64,000 nucleotides of DNA from Prorocentrum cordatum (Eukaryota). Below, piece after piece: positions 48,786 through 61,812 of the stretch; position 1 is the first letter of the stretch; every line of letters begins with the position of its first letter. A model generated the notes under the pieces. It saw only the letters and a program-made list of their open reading frames with translations, was not told the origin of the DNA and searched no databases. The translations under genes and the position numbers were made by a program. The stretch covers positions 1 through 64,000 of the forward strand of contig CAUYUJ010000113.1 of assembly GCA_963575745.1 (NCBI GenBank), read 5' to 3'.

Positions 48786-51231
48786 CGCTTCGCCCATTTT
48801 GCGGGAAGCTTATGTTGCTCTTGCGCGTGCTGGCGAAATGGACTTTCACGATCTCGTCGCCTGTTTCGAGGTCGGTGTAGAGCACGAGGTGTGTGCGGGT
48901 GCCTGTTCGAGCTGATGGTTTTCTTCTCTGGCTTCACCTTCGGCGGCGACTTCTGCTTCTTCTGGGGTGTCGCCGCTTTGCGTCGTAGTCGGCTTCATGC
49001 ACTTCTTCATTTTCATGCCGCTCGTCGCGTCAAGAACTTCAAAGGTAAGTAGGGGCCCGTGCTCCCCGCCATTTTCGGCCGCCCAGTCTTAACCTGCCTG
49101 CAGAGTTTGGCTTGGCGTCGCACACAGTGAAAAAATCCTCCTCCTCCTCCTCCTCCTCCTCCTCCTCCTCATTCCTCCTCCTCCTCCTCCTCCTCCTCCT
49201 CCTCCTCCTCCTCCTCCTCCTCCTCCTCCTCCTCCTCCTCCTCCTCCCCCCCTCGAGTGCCCTGGCCGGTCCTCGAGGGGGGGTGGGGGGAAAAACCATG
49301 GGCGGGCACGCGGGGCACCCGCAGGACCTCGGCCGCGCGCTGGACGCGGCCCTGGCCCACCACGGCTGGCAGCACCTGGAGGCGTCCCCGCGCGCGGGCT
49401 CGAGGAATACATCGACGCCGACAGGAGTCAACGACAGTGGCCTTCTCGTTTTTCTCTCTGGAAGCCTCTTGGAGCCTTCTTGGGGCGTTCCTGGGGCGCT
49501 CTCCCCGTCCTCATCCTCTTACTCAGCCTCCTCGCCCTCATCTTCCCTCATCCTCCTCTTCCCCGTCCTCCTCCTCCTCATGCTCCTCCTCCTTCCAGTC
49601 CTCCTTCCCCTCCTCCCCCCTCAAAAGTCTTTAATCTGCTGCGATGTTCCTGGGAGCGACCGCATCCCGCCGAATTTCGAGGGTCGTCAGAGGAGGAACA
49701 TATTACCCCAGCAAAGCATCCGAATCGCAGCAAGGGTTAAGAGGCGGGCCGAGGAGTAGAAGGTCGGCGAGTGAAAACGTACATTCCTGGGTATTCCCAG
49801 GGATTCTGAGGACAAGCATTCTCATGTGCATCTCAGCGTGTCTTTGTAATCCAGGGATCGTGGCCGTCTGGACCACAAGTGTAGCCAGCATTGCGGCGAG
49901 AGAACGATTCCAACATACTGTGTGTGGAAGTCTCAGGCGAAACGGCTGCCGACTGGGCGGTCTAGAGCTCCCAGTCCCCCTTGTGGGACTCCTCCGTTGT
50001 TTTTTTTTTCCCACGGTCAGAACCCTCTAGCGAACCACTACCATGGAATACCCACACCGCTGCGTGTGCTGGGGAGCCTTCGTCGCCGATGCTGGATTCT
50101 TCCCGCCGCGGAACGAGGAAGGTCCCCGCCGCCAGGAGCGCGCTGGGCAGGACCTCGGAGACGGGGTTCTCCGAAGTTCTAGTCGGAGTGCGCCCCTTTC
50201 AGACGAAAGCCGCCCGTCCCCGGGACAGTAAAAAAAACGCCCCTGGGTGAAAAACTGGTCCCGGGTCCAGGCCTCTGCGCGTCGACGTTGTGAAAGCATC
50301 TTGACGTCGAAGTTCTGGAAAGGAAGAGGGTGATGGCTCGAGATTCGAACTTCGAGATTCGAGGTGTTTGGACGTTGTGTGTCTCTCTGACCTTTTGGAG
50401 CCTCCTCGTTTTCGCGGCTGGGCTCCCCTTCGGAATTCTGGCCCAGGCGCACTCTGTGACAGGTCCAGGGTCCGATGTTGGTCTCCCAGGCCTAGACCCA
50501 GGTCCCCTGGCGTCGAGCGTGACGTGTCGACGCTGCGGCGACCCCAGCGTGGCCGTTTGAGGCTGAACGCCGCTGATGACCTGGAGTGGGCCGATATCGA
50601 ATGCTTTGCCAATGATCGGCGCCATCCGGAAGCCCCGATCGCTCAAGGTCGAACGATCCGCGGAGTGTCAGAAGCCAAGGCCGAAGTCGTCCCGACACGA
50701 ACCTGCGGAAGTGTTTCCGCCATTTTCGTCCTCGATGGGGGCCTTGCCTGGCCTCAACCATCAAAATATGGCTACGTAGGGGCTAGGAGTGGAAATCCGG
50801 CCCATGGGGAAAAGGGGTCGAGCGGTCTGGGGGCCCACGCATCGGGCAACATCGAAGCGCCTCCTCATGTCTTGGGCAGGAGCAGGAGGAGGCTACTAGG
50901 CCACCCGCCCGGGCACAGAGATGATCGCGCGTCGCCCGCCGCTGTCTGGGCCAGAGCGGCTGCCCTTCTCCAAGAGGGCGGCGCGAGGGCGCGGAGATGA
51001 TCGCGTATCGCCTGACGCGATGCGCGGAGTTAGGGTGGCCTGGTCGGCTGCGCGTAAGAGTGACCTCTCGCAGGAGTGATCTCTGGTGCGGGCCCGCAGG
51101 GGTCCCCCCAGCACTGGCCTGCACGCTTGGATTTGGCGCCCCCGGGGACCCCCCAAAGCCGCGCACCAAAGGTCACTCGTGCCTAGGGTCACTCTTGCGT
51201 TCAGCCGACCTAGAGGAGGCGGAGTAGGCGG

Positions 51232-51351
51232 ACGATGATGATGTTGATGTTGATGCTGATGCTGATGCTGATGCTGAGGATGATGATGACGATGATGACG
51301 ATGATGATGATGGTGATGATGATGGTGATGATGGTGATGATGATGATGATT

Positions 51352-51394
<43 letters not shown>

Positions 51395-51572
51395 GGATGA
51401 GGATGAGGATGAGGATGAGGATGAGGATGAGGATGAGGATGAGGATGAGGATGAGGATGAGGATGAGGATGAGGATGAGGATGAGGGTGAGGATGAGGAT
51501 GAGGATGAGGATGAGGATGAGCAGGAGGAGGAGGAGGAGGAGCAAGAGGAGAGGAGAGGAGGAGGAGGAGGG
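51232..51572. repeat. (GAT)n/(GAGGAT)n/(GAG)n microsatellite
   Basis: Directly visible. Confidence 0.95.
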
Positions 51573-51679
51573 GCATCAGCAGGAGGATATGGCGCACGCG
51601 CCGCGACGTCCAGGTCAGGCAGCTCGCCGAGGACCAGTGGTCCGTCGCGGGCGCCTGCCTGCGCTTGAGGCCACGCCTC

Positions 51680-52560
51680 ATTCCTTTCGCCGGTGCGACG
51701 ACGACACTGTCCGGCCGCCGATCGGTACAGTCGAAATAGGTACGGAAAGAATGGAGGGGCGAGTAGCCCAGAGGCGGGCGCTGCACGTATTCCTTGGGGA
51801 GCTCCGCCGAAGACATGGACCATCGGGGTCCCTAGATACATGCATTGATTCCCTCTGGGCCAGTCGTCCGCATCGTCGCCTCCGAGCACAGCAGTTCCTG
51901 ACCATTTTGAGCAGGATTCGCTGTCAATGTCGCCGCGGACGTTGTCCCTCTGATACACAGGCCGCCCCTGCCCAACAGCGGCCTCTGTCGGTTTCGGACA
52001 ACATTTGATGTTGAGCATCATACCGATGTTTTTCGTATCCACTTCGGGCGTCCAAACCGACGTGGTTGGTGGCGGACGGCCTTGGATTGGACCAGGATTT
52101 CCGGAGGGTGGCGCTCTTCAGTCTCGGCGCTTTTCCGTTGCGCCCTCTACCACAACACTCCGCGAAACTCAAAGCAAGTTGTGCCGAGCCCCCCTCGTCC
52201 CCAATTTCAATGTTCACTTGTGCGCGCTGCACGATTCGCGGACGCCATAGAAAAGTGTGAAGTCATTTGTTTCTGCGTCAGCATTGACATTTTGGGGCCT
52301 GGGGGTACCGACGCGGCGCAGGAAAACTTGAGCTGGAAGTCTCTCCAGGTTGCTCAGTGAGGGCTTTCGACGAGAAGCTTTATAGTGGGTGCCGCCTGAC
52401 CCGACATCCGCTCAAGACTGGTCCCGGGACCCTTCCCGATGCCCAACGCATCAATTTGCCGAGCAGCGTCTAACCTTGTCGACGAGAAGGGTCTCCGAAG
52501 GCCAGAAGGCTTCACATCTCGGAGTTTTGCGCAGACGTCGCTTCTTGGTTGTGACAAGAA
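51680..52560 (-). pseudogene. Possible very old LINE RT remnant
   Basis: Weak motifs LGIGKGPG and HVFGGAPQG...LAPPFFPYLF in the expected order. Confidence 0.3.
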
Positions 52561-52916
52561 CGAGGTCTGCACAGGGTCAATGTTTTCATCCGGCGCCGCG
52601 GGGCCAGGGGCGGGAGCAGCGTGTCCAGGGGCTTCAGGAGGTCTCAGGAGGCTCTAGGACCCCAGGGGAGGTCCCAGCAGGCCCTGGGGAGGTCCCAGGG
52701 ACCCCGGGAAGCCCCAGGAGGGCATAGGAGGTCCTGGGAGGCCCCGGGGGGGTTACAGGAGGCTCCAGGAATCCCCAGGAGGCCCTCGGAGGTTCCAGGA
52801 GGCACCACGAGCCCCCAGGAGGTCCCAGGAGACCCCAAGAGGTCCCAGGGTGCTCCATGATTTCCCGAAATCGTGGACATCAGGGATTTCAGAATGTTTA
52901 AGTGCTTCAAACTTCC

Positions 52917-55900
52917 GAAAGAGCGTGTTCTACCGCTGCTGGCGGAAAACCGGGGGGGTTCACTGGGGGTTCCCAACCCGTCCCCCCCCTCGAAAACCGG
53001 GGAGGGGTCACTACCGGTTTGAACCCCCCCCTCCCTCCAGTCCATCATGAAAGCGGGGGGGTCACTACCGGTTCGAGCTCCCCCCCCCTCGCCGCCAGCA
53101 AACGATTCCCTCGCCTCGGAACAATTGGACAGCAGTGGTGGGGATACTGGAACAGTGGTGGGGACGGTGGTGGTGGGGACAGTAGGGCGGGGACAGTGGA
53201 AGGAGCGCGTTCCGTGGTCGCTTGGAGGGGAGGTTGGAACCAGACACCCCCCTTCCCCGTCCCGTGACGGAGGGGGGGGTTCGAACCCCCCCCCTCCCCC
53301 CCCTTCTCGTGACGGAGGTGGGAGGGTGACCCCCCCCCCTGCTTCCCCACGACGATTTCCATTTCTTGGCCGGCGCCAGCCCCTGCGGCGGCGGGCGGCG
53401 GTGGCGGGGAGCGTCGACGAGGACGACGGTGGTGGTGGTGGTGGTTTGTGGTGGTGGCGGCGGTGGTGGTGGTGGTGGTTGTGGTGGTGGTGGCGTGGTG
53501 GTTTGTTGTGGTGGTGGTGGTTGTGGCGGTGGGTGGTGGTGGTGGTGGTGGTGGTGGTGGTTTGGTGGTGGTGTGGTGGCGGTTTGTGGTGGTGGTGGTG
53601 GGTTATGGTGGTCGTGGTGGTGGTTTGCAAGTCGTGTGGTGGTGGTTTGTGGTGCTGGTGGTGGGATGTGGTTGTGGCGGTGGTTTGTGGAGGTGGTGCT
53701 TGTGGTGGTGGTGGTGGTGGTGGTGGTGGTGGGTTGTGCTTCTGGTAGTGGTGGTTGGTGGTGGTGTGGTAGATTGTCGTGGTGGTGGTAGTGGTGGTGG
53801 GTTTTTGTGGTGGTGGTGGTGGTGATGGTGAGTTGTGGTGGTGGAGGTGGTTGTGGTGGTGTGGTGGTGGTTTGGTGGTTGTGGTGGATTGTGGTGGTGG
53901 CGGTGGTTTGTGGACGTTTGTTGTGGTGGTGGTGGTGGCGGCGGTGGTGGTGGTGGTGTGGTGGTTTGTGGTGGTGGCGGTGGTTTGTGCTGCTGGTAGT
54001 GGTGGTGGTGGTGTGGTAGATTGTGGTGGTGGTGGTGGTGGGTTTTTGTGGTTGTGGTGGTGATGATGGTGAGTTGCGGTAGTGGTTGTGGTGGTGGTGG
54101 TGGTGGTGGCTGTGGTGGTGGTGGTGATGGTTGTGAGGTGCTGTTGGTGGTAGTGGTAGTGGTGGTGGGTTGAGGCGGTGGTTGTGGTGGTGGTAGTGGT
54201 GGTGGTCCTGGTAGTGGTGGTCATCGTCGCTGCGTCCCCGCCGTCGCCGGCGCCAGCGCCGGCGCTGCTGGCCGCCGCCAGCGCCGGCGCCGCAAGGGGG
54301 AGGGGGTTTTGACCCCCCCCACCTTGGGGGGGAGGGGGGGGGGGGGTGAACCCCCTCCCCCCCTGGGCTGCCTCTGGTCGTCGCTGCGTCCCGCCGTGGG
54401 CGCTGCTGGCGGCCGCCAGCGCCGGCGCCGGCGCCGAAGGGGGGGGGTCTGAACCGCCCCCCCCATTGGGAGGGGGGGGGTAGCGGGGGGGGTCGGGATG
54501 GGGGTGCGTTTGGGGGGGAAGGGAGTCCCCCTGGTTTTGATCGACGGCGCCGAGTGTTGGGGTGGGGCTCACCCCCCTGTTTGAAACGCGCCGCCGAATG
54601 TTCCCAAGGCGAGCGCCCGTGAAACGCGTTCTCTCGGACAGTGGGACAGTGGTGCGGACAGTGGGACGGTGGTGGGGATTGTGGTGGTGGGGACAGCGGC
54701 GAGGGGACAGCGGGACAGTGGGACAGCACAGTGAGACAGCGGCGGGGGCAGTGGGGACCGTGGGACAGTGGTTGGAACAGTGGGGACAGTGGGACACTGG
54801 TGGGGAAAGTAGGGACAGTGGGGGGAGCGGGACTGTGGTGGGACAGTGGTGGGGAGAGTGGGCACAGTGAGACACTGATGGGGGCACTCGTGGGGACAGC
54901 GGGGACACTGGTGGGAACAGTGGGGGACAGTGGGACAGTGATGGGGACTGTGGGACAGTGGTGGGGAAAGTGGTGTGGGGACAGTGGGACAGTGGTAGGG
55001 ACAGTGGGGACAGTGGGACTGTGGTGGGGACAGTGGTGGTGGGGACAGCGGTGAGGGCGGTGGCGAGGACGGTGGTAGGACAATGGGACAGAGGTACAGT
55101 GGGGACAGTGGTGGGGACAATGGGGACAGTGGTGGGGACAGTGGGACAGCTCAGTGGGACAGCGGCGGGGACACTGGGACGGTGGGAGTGGGGACAGTGG
55201 GGAACTGTGACAGTGGTGGGGGCCGTGGGGAAAGTGGGGAGAGTGGGACCGTGGTGGGAACAGTGGCAGGGACAGTGGGGACAGTGCGACAGTGGTGGGG
55301 GCACTGGTGGGGACAGTGGTGGGGACAGTGGGGACAGTGGTGGGAACAGTGGGACAGCTCAGTGGGACAGCGGCGGGGACACTGGGACGGCGGGAAAGTG
55401 GGGACAGTGGGGACACTGGGACAGTGGTGGGGACCGTGGGGGAAGTGGGGAGAGTGGGACCGCGGTGGGAACGGTGGTGGGGACAGTGGGGACAGTGCGA
55501 CAGTGGCGGGGGCACTGGTGGGGACTGTGGGGACGGTGGTGGGAACAGCGGGGGCAGTGGTGGCGGGGACATTGGTGGTGGGGACAGCAGTGGGGGATGT
55601 GGTGCGGACGGTGGTGGTGACCCGGGAGTCGTTTGCCGGCGGTGAATGGGGGGGGGCTTCGAACCGGTGGTGACCCCCCGGAAGGCGGGGGGGGGTTCGA
55701 ACCAGTAGTGATCCCCTCCAGTTTTCCAGAGGGGAGTGGTCGAACCGGTAGTGACCCCCCCTGGTAGTGACCACCCTCCCCAGTTTTTCTGGAGGGGAGT
55801 GGGGGGGGTATGCAGCGGAGAAGGGGGAGGGGGGTCCAGCAGGGAGGGGGGATTTTCGAAGGGGGGTGGGGGAAACCCCCGGTTTCCGGAGGAAGAGGGG

Positions 55901-55927
55901 GGGGGGGGGGGGGAATTTTCCACAGTA
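52917..55927. mobile_element. Second copy of the GGGACAGT-core TIR element (right TIR tip missing)
   Basis: The left end is identical to the 14047 copy (GAAAGAGCGTGTTCTACCGCTGCTGGCGG). Subterminal and core repeats are colinear up to ...AATTTTCCACAGTA. Confidence 0.88.
53199..54635. mobile_element. Nested non-autonomous TIR element with (GGT)n core and perfect 8-bp TSD
   Basis: TSD GGACAGTG at 53191-53198 and 54636-54643. The ends are GAAGGAGCGCGTTCC and (reverse complement) GAGAGAACGCGTTTC. The empty site is visible in the copy at about 14311-14347. Confidence 0.85.
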
Positions 55928-56283
55928 GTGCAAACTTTTTTGGCGGTTATATTGCAACATCTGTTGGTTATCTGGGGACCCTGGGTTCCCAGATCTCCGG
56001 GATCCCCCGAAATTAGGGTAACCATTGCTTTCATACGTTTCAGCATGTTTCGAACAGTTTACACGTTTTAGACAGTCCAGCACTTCAATAATGTTCCATT
56101 GTTTTTTCTTGAAAATCCTTGGGCCATGGATTCCCAGAACTGTTTGTTCCCCACATGTTTCGTGGGGTTTGGGTTTTCTTCCCTGCCGCGTCGCACCCGC
56201 GTCTCACACACACCTCCCTCTCCCGCAAAGCGTCGCAGACGTGACATACATACATACATACATACGCAGGCACACCGACACAG

Positions 56284-58283
56284 ACACGACACCATAGGGG
56301 GTGCGCAGGGGGTGGTCTCTCACCGCGGCCGCTACGCACGACGGTCGTCCAGGGCATAGCAGGCGTGGCGCATTCTCGACACCGTAGGGGGTGCGCAGGG
56401 GGGGTCCCTCACCGCTGCCGCTATGCACGACGGTCGTCCAGGGCATAGCAGGCGTGGCACTTTCTCGACACCATAGGGGGTGCGCAGGGGGTGGTCCCTC
56501 ACCGCGGCCGCTATGCGCGCCGTCGTCCAGGGCATAGCAGGCGTGGCACTTTCGACACCATACGGGGTGCGCAGGGGGTGGTCCCTGACCGCGGCCGCTA
56601 TGCACGACGGTCGTCCAGGGCATAGCAGGCGTGGCACTTTCTCGACACCATAGAGGGTGCGCAGGGGGTGGTCCCTCACCGCGGCCGCTATGCGCGCCGG
56701 TCGTCCAGGGCATAGCAGGCGTGGCACTTTCTCGACACCATACGGGGTGCGCAGGGGGTGGTCCCTCACTGCGGCCGCTATGCACGACGGTGGTCCAGGG
56801 CATAGCAGGCGTGGCACATTCTCGACACCATAGAGGGTGCGCGGGGGGTGGTCCCTCACCGCGGCCACTATGCACGACGGTCGTCCAGGGCATAGCAAGC
56901 GTGGCATTTTTTCGACACCATAGAGGGTGCGCAGGGGGTGGTCCCGCACCGCGGCCGCTATGCACGACGGTCGTCCAGGGCATAGCAGGCGTGGCACTTT
57001 CTCGACACCATAGAGAGTGCGCAGGGGGTGGTCCCTGACCGCGGCCGCTATGCACGACGGTCGTCCAGGGCATAGCAGGCGTGGCACTCTCTCGACACCA
57101 TAGGGGGTGCGCACGGGGTGGTCCCTCACCGCGGCCGCTATGCACGACGGTCGTCCAGGGCATAGCAGGCGTGGCACTTCCTCGACACCATCGGGGGTGC
57201 GCAGGGGGTGGTCCCTCACCGCGGCCGCTATGCACGACGGTCGTCCAGGGCATAGCAAGCGTGGCACTTTCTCGACACCATAGGGGGTGCGCAGGGGGTG
57301 GTCCCTCACCGCGGCCGCTATGCACGACGGTCGTCCAGGGCATAGCAGGCGTGGCACTTTCTCGACACCATTAGGGGGTGCGCAGGGGGTGGTCCCTCAC
57401 CGCGGCCGCTATGCACGACGGTCGCCCAGGGCATGGCAGCCGTGGCACTCGCCCAGGGCATGGCAGCCGTGGCACTTTCTCGACACCATAGAGGGTGCGC
57501 AGGGGGTGGTCCCTCACCGCGGCCGCTATGCACGACGGTCGTCCAGGGCATGGCAGCTGTGACATTTTCTCGACACCATAGAGGGTGTGCAGGGGGTGGT
57601 CCCTCACCGCGGCCGCTATGCACGACGGTCGTCCAGGGCAAAGCAGGCGTGGCACATTCTCGACACCATAAAGGTGCGCAGGGGGTGGTCCCTCACCGCG
57701 GCCGCTATGCACGACGGTCGTCCAGGGCATAGCAAGCGTGGCACTTTCTCGACACCATAGGGGGTGCGCAGGGGGTGGTCCCTCACCGCGGCCGCTATGC
57801 ACGACGGTCGTCCAGGGCATAGCAGGCGTGGCACTTTCTCGACACCATAGGGGGTGCGCAGGGGGTGGTCCCTCACCGCGGCCGCTATGCACGACGGTCG
57901 TCCAGCGCATGGCAGCCGTGGCACTTTCTCGACACCATAGGGGGTGTGCAGGGGGTGGTCCCTCACCGCGGCCGCTATGCACGATGGTCGTCCAAGGCAT
58001 AGCAGGCGTGGCACTTTCTCGACACCATAGGGTGTGCGCAGGGGGTGGTCCCTCACTGCGGCCGCTATGCACGACGGTGGTCCAGGGCATAGCAGGCGTG
58101 GCACATTCTCGACACCATAGAGGGTGCGCGGGGGTTGGTCCCTCACCGCGGCCACTATGCACGACGGTCGTCCAGGGCATAGCAAGCGTGGCATTTTGTT
58201 CGACATCATAGAGGGTGCGCAGGGGGTGGTCCCTCACCGCGGCTACTATGCACGACGGTCGTCCAGGGCATAGCAAGCGTGGC
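56284..58283 (+). repeat. 90-bp tandem satellite (about 22 copies)
   Basis: Unit CGACACCATAGGGGGTGCGCAGGGGGTGGTCCCTCACCGCGGCCGCTATGCACGACGGTCGTCCAGGGCATAGCAGGCGTGGCACTTTCT, highly homogeneous. Confidence 0.98.
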
Positions 58284-59994
58284 GCTTCTCCTCTTCCACC
58301 TCTCCTCTTGAGTGGCGTCACCAACGGTATCGGCCGGGTAACGGCCACCAACATCATTCTCACATGCTCCACTTCAGCTATCATCACCCCAGCCATAATA
58401 TAAGTATGTGGGGTTCCTCGGTCGCGTAATTGTTGAAAATCCTTGGGCCATGGATTCCCAGATCTCCAGCATTCCAGCCTCTTGAGGCCTTCTGGGGTCT
58501 CTTGTGAACTCCTGGGGCCTCTGCGATACCATTGAAACCCCCAGTTCCAGGGAGGAGTAGAAGGAAGAGGGCGATGTAAGGAGGAGGAGGAAGAGGAGGA
58601 GAAGGAAGGCGAGGGGTGAGGAGGAGTGGGAGGAGGAAAGAGGAGGAGGGGGAGGAGGAAAGAGGAGGATGTCCGCAGCCCGTTGCCATGCACCAGCTGC
58701 CCATTTTCGGAATTGCCCCGCCTGGCGCGCCACACGGCGCCGCCGGGCAGGGGAAATGGCGTCGGTTTCGATTCTGATGCCATCAGGAGGGAAGAGGGGG
58801 AAAGGTCGCTCAAACCCCAAGATGGCATGCCCTCCCGGTCGACCGTTCCCTCCTCTGCCCTCCCCAGAGCTCTGACGCCGTGACTTTTTCACAAGGTCGA
58901 TCCCCAGAGGTCTGGACCTTTCCCCCGGGACCGGCGCTTCACCCCGGGATGTTTTTTACCGATCCCAGGGCCCGGCGAGGGCCCCTAGAGGCCAGGACGG
59001 TTGAAAATCTCTTGCCGAGAAGAGGCGGAGATTGTCCCCCTCCTCTCTTCTCCCTTTGCCCCTCCCCCTCCTCCAGGCGATCGACGCCTTATGCCCCTGC
59101 CCACGCCCAAATCCGACGAGGGGCTAGAGGCGGCTTGGATAAAGCATCTGGCCTCTGGAGCCGAGTTTTGTATCCATGCCGTGCTCCCCTTGGCGCCAAG
59201 AGTGGGGGGCAGCGGCAGGGGTATCGATCGAACGTCGGTCGCTGATCCTCTCCCCTCCCCCAGAAACCCGACGTCATGATTTGTTCGTCACGTCGACCCC
59301 CGGAGGTCTCGACCCAATCCCCGGGACCGATTTTTCGTCCTGAGTTATTTCTTGACGGTCCCGAGGCCCGAACATGGCGAAAAGCATCCCGTCATCTTCG
59401 TTCCATGATTCGAGTGGTCTGGGCCCCGTGCCCCCTCCCCCCCCCTGGCGCAGGCTCGACGCGGGGAGGCCTGCCCCGAGCTCCGCGCAGGCGGTGCGCA
59501 TCGCCGCCTCGGACGACGGGGGTCGCACCTGGGAGGCCGCCCGGCCGCCTCCCGGGGAGGGGGGGCTCTCCCTCCGTCGGCCACTCGGGGGCGGCCAGGA
59601 GGGAGGTGGGGATTATTCTGGGTCTACCAGATGGCGTCCGATCAGGTGGGGTCGGAGGGCCGCGCCGCATCGCCGATGCATCGGCGATGCGGCTCGATGT
59701 GGAGCCCGATTTTCCCACGCCGACGTCGCCAATGCATCGCCGACAAGGTCAGGGGAGACGCGTAAACACTGACAAGACCAAATGTTGACCAAATGTGTAT
59801 GTGTGTATATATATATAGATATTCATATATTCATTCCTATTTATATATTTTTACGGGGCCGGGGACCCCGGAAAAGCGGCACACGGTGCCCCCCCCCCAA
59901 ACGAATTTCGGCCTCCCCGAGCCTTTGGGGCGCTCCTGCAGAGTGCTCCGTGTCTGTCCTGCGAGTGCGTCGCGAAAAAAAAAAACACGACGGC

Positions 59995-60570
59995 CACAGA
60001 GGGCCCCGAGACACCCAAAGATCGGCCCAAGACGCCCAATCTGGGCCCAAGACTGCCCAAGACGCGTCCAAGACGCCCCCAGAGACCCCCAAGCGGCCTC
60101 CCAAGAGAGCCCCGAGAGGCTACAATTGTTGATTTTCCTGTGTGTTTTTCTATGTTTTTGGCCTTCTCGCTTTTCCCGCTTCCCGACGCTCCACAATGGC
60201 CCAAGAGACTCCCTAGATCGCCCCAATACTGCCCACGAGGCCCCCAAGAAGGCTCCGACACGGTCCAGGAGGGCTCCGAGACCGCCTAAGAGGCGCCCAA
60301 GACGGCCCAAGAGAGCACCAAGACGGCCCCAAGAGAGACCCAAGAGGGCGCCCAAAATTTAAAGAAACAAAATTTTCAGCCGCGAGAGGGCCCCAAGAGG
60401 CCCGGAGAAAACCCCATGAGGCCCCAAGAGGCTCCCAAGAGGCCCCAAGGAGCCCCCAGGAGGCCCCCAAGAGGCCCCAAAAAGATCCCAAGAACCCCAA
60501 AACACCCCCAAGAGGCTTCAAAACTGCCTCGCCTCCCAGAGGGCCCCGAGAGGCGCACCACGAGATCCCA
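59995..60570 (+). repeat. CCCAAG-rich repeat-family copy
   Basis: GGCCCAAGA/CCCCAAGAG units. Confidence 0.75.
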
Positions 60571-61009
60571 ACACAGCGGTCTCCCCCTCTCATTTTCCCT
60601 TATCTTTGTCATGGAGGAGGGAACGAAGACGAGGGGAGGGGGATACGGGGGATTGAGCACCTGGACGCGGTGCCCTTGCCTACCTTACCGGAGAAGGCCG
60701 GCCGAATCCGAGGGGCCCCTGGGGGATTTCAAAACCTGCACCGCCTCTTGCATTACCTTCGGGCCCCCGTGGCGGCTTGGGAAAAACCGCTCCTAATTCG
60801 GGGGGGTTCTCTCACCTTTCGCCGCTTGACTCGCAGAGAGGCCGAGCGGCACCGCGCCGCGCCGCCAGGGATGGGGATAATGGACAAAAAAGAAGCGGAG
60901 AGGGGTGAGAGGAAGAGGAGGAGGAACAGGAGGAGGAGGGGGAGGAGGAGGAGGAGGAAAGGAAAGGAAAAGGGGAAGGAGGACGAGGAGATAACGGAAA
61001 GTAGTCCAA

Positions 61010-61480
61010 TCCGCTTCGCCAGAGATATGCTCGCAACTCCGACCTCAGAAGCGCCTTGCTTCGCATCGGTCTCGCCGTTTTCGCTTGAGACATCGTCGCA
61101 GCTCTGGGGCCCGAGACGCTCTCAGTTGAGGTGTTCCAGCCACTGTCGCCTGAGACACTCTCGCAAGTCTCACTTCGGAGGTGCCTTGCACTATGGTGGT
61201 TCGGCCACTTTCGCGCGCGACTTCTCGCAACTCTATGTTCAAGGATGCCCTGGGCAGAGGTGTTCAGAAAACTCCTCGCTTGAAACTTCCTCGCGCGGCT
61301 GACTTCGGATATGCCCTCCCCTGAGCGGAGGCGTTCGGGCCATTTTCACCCGGGACGTCCTCGCAACGCTGACCTCGGCGACGCACTGCCCCATGGTAGT
61401 CTGACCACGTTTGCTTGAGACCCTCGCGCCTTTTAGTGGCGCGATGATATGAGCAACTGGTCAGGCCACTACCGCCTGAT
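61010..61480 (+). repeat. Third degenerate array of the ~63-bp repeat family
   Basis: GCTTGAGACATCGTCGCAGCTCTGGGGC-type units. Confidence 0.6.
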
Positions 61481-61730
61481 ATACGCATGTGTATGCGCAC
61501 GCATAGTTACACTGACCGTGTGCATATACATGTACATATCAATACAAACGTATACATATATGTACATATGTACTATGCATTCATAGACGCATGCGTGTGC
61601 GCATGTACGCACGCTCGCACTCCGCTAGCGTGCGAATTCCAAAGGACCAAGGTGCATGGCGCGCAGCGCCAATACAGTCTTGTGTGTATATATGTATGTG
61701 TGTATATATATATATATATGTATACGTGCG

Positions 61731-61778
61731 TCCGTAGCCATTTTGGCTCAAGTGCGTCCGTAACCATTTTGGCTCAAG
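61731..61778 (+). other. Two tandem full-length dinoflagellate spliced-leader (DinoSL) copies
   Basis: TCCGTAGCCATTTTGGCTCAAG (61731-61752) is an exact DCCGTAGCCATTTTGGCTCAAG match; TCCGTAACCATTTTGGCTCAAG (61757-61778) has one mismatch. Confidence 0.95.
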
Positions 61779-61812
61779 TTCCCTATCCAGCGGTTCTGTC
61801 GCACCGGTCCGC

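Noticed and set aside
48790..49015. Lys-rich MKMKKCMK... segment on the minus strand, reminiscent of DVNP/histone-like proteins
   Set aside because: It is frameshifted, short and lacks the conserved DVNP core; at most a decayed basic-protein fragment.
52644..56083. 886-993-aa Pro/Thr/His-rich ORFs (mucin/extensin-like)
   Set aside because: They lie within TIR elements made of GGGACAGT and GGT repeats; the same applies to 14091-16136.
56204..58828. CRISPR-like array or 30-aa repeat protein
   Set aside because: The 90-bp units are contiguous with no unique spacers and no cas genes, and several frames are open simply because the unit lacks stops.
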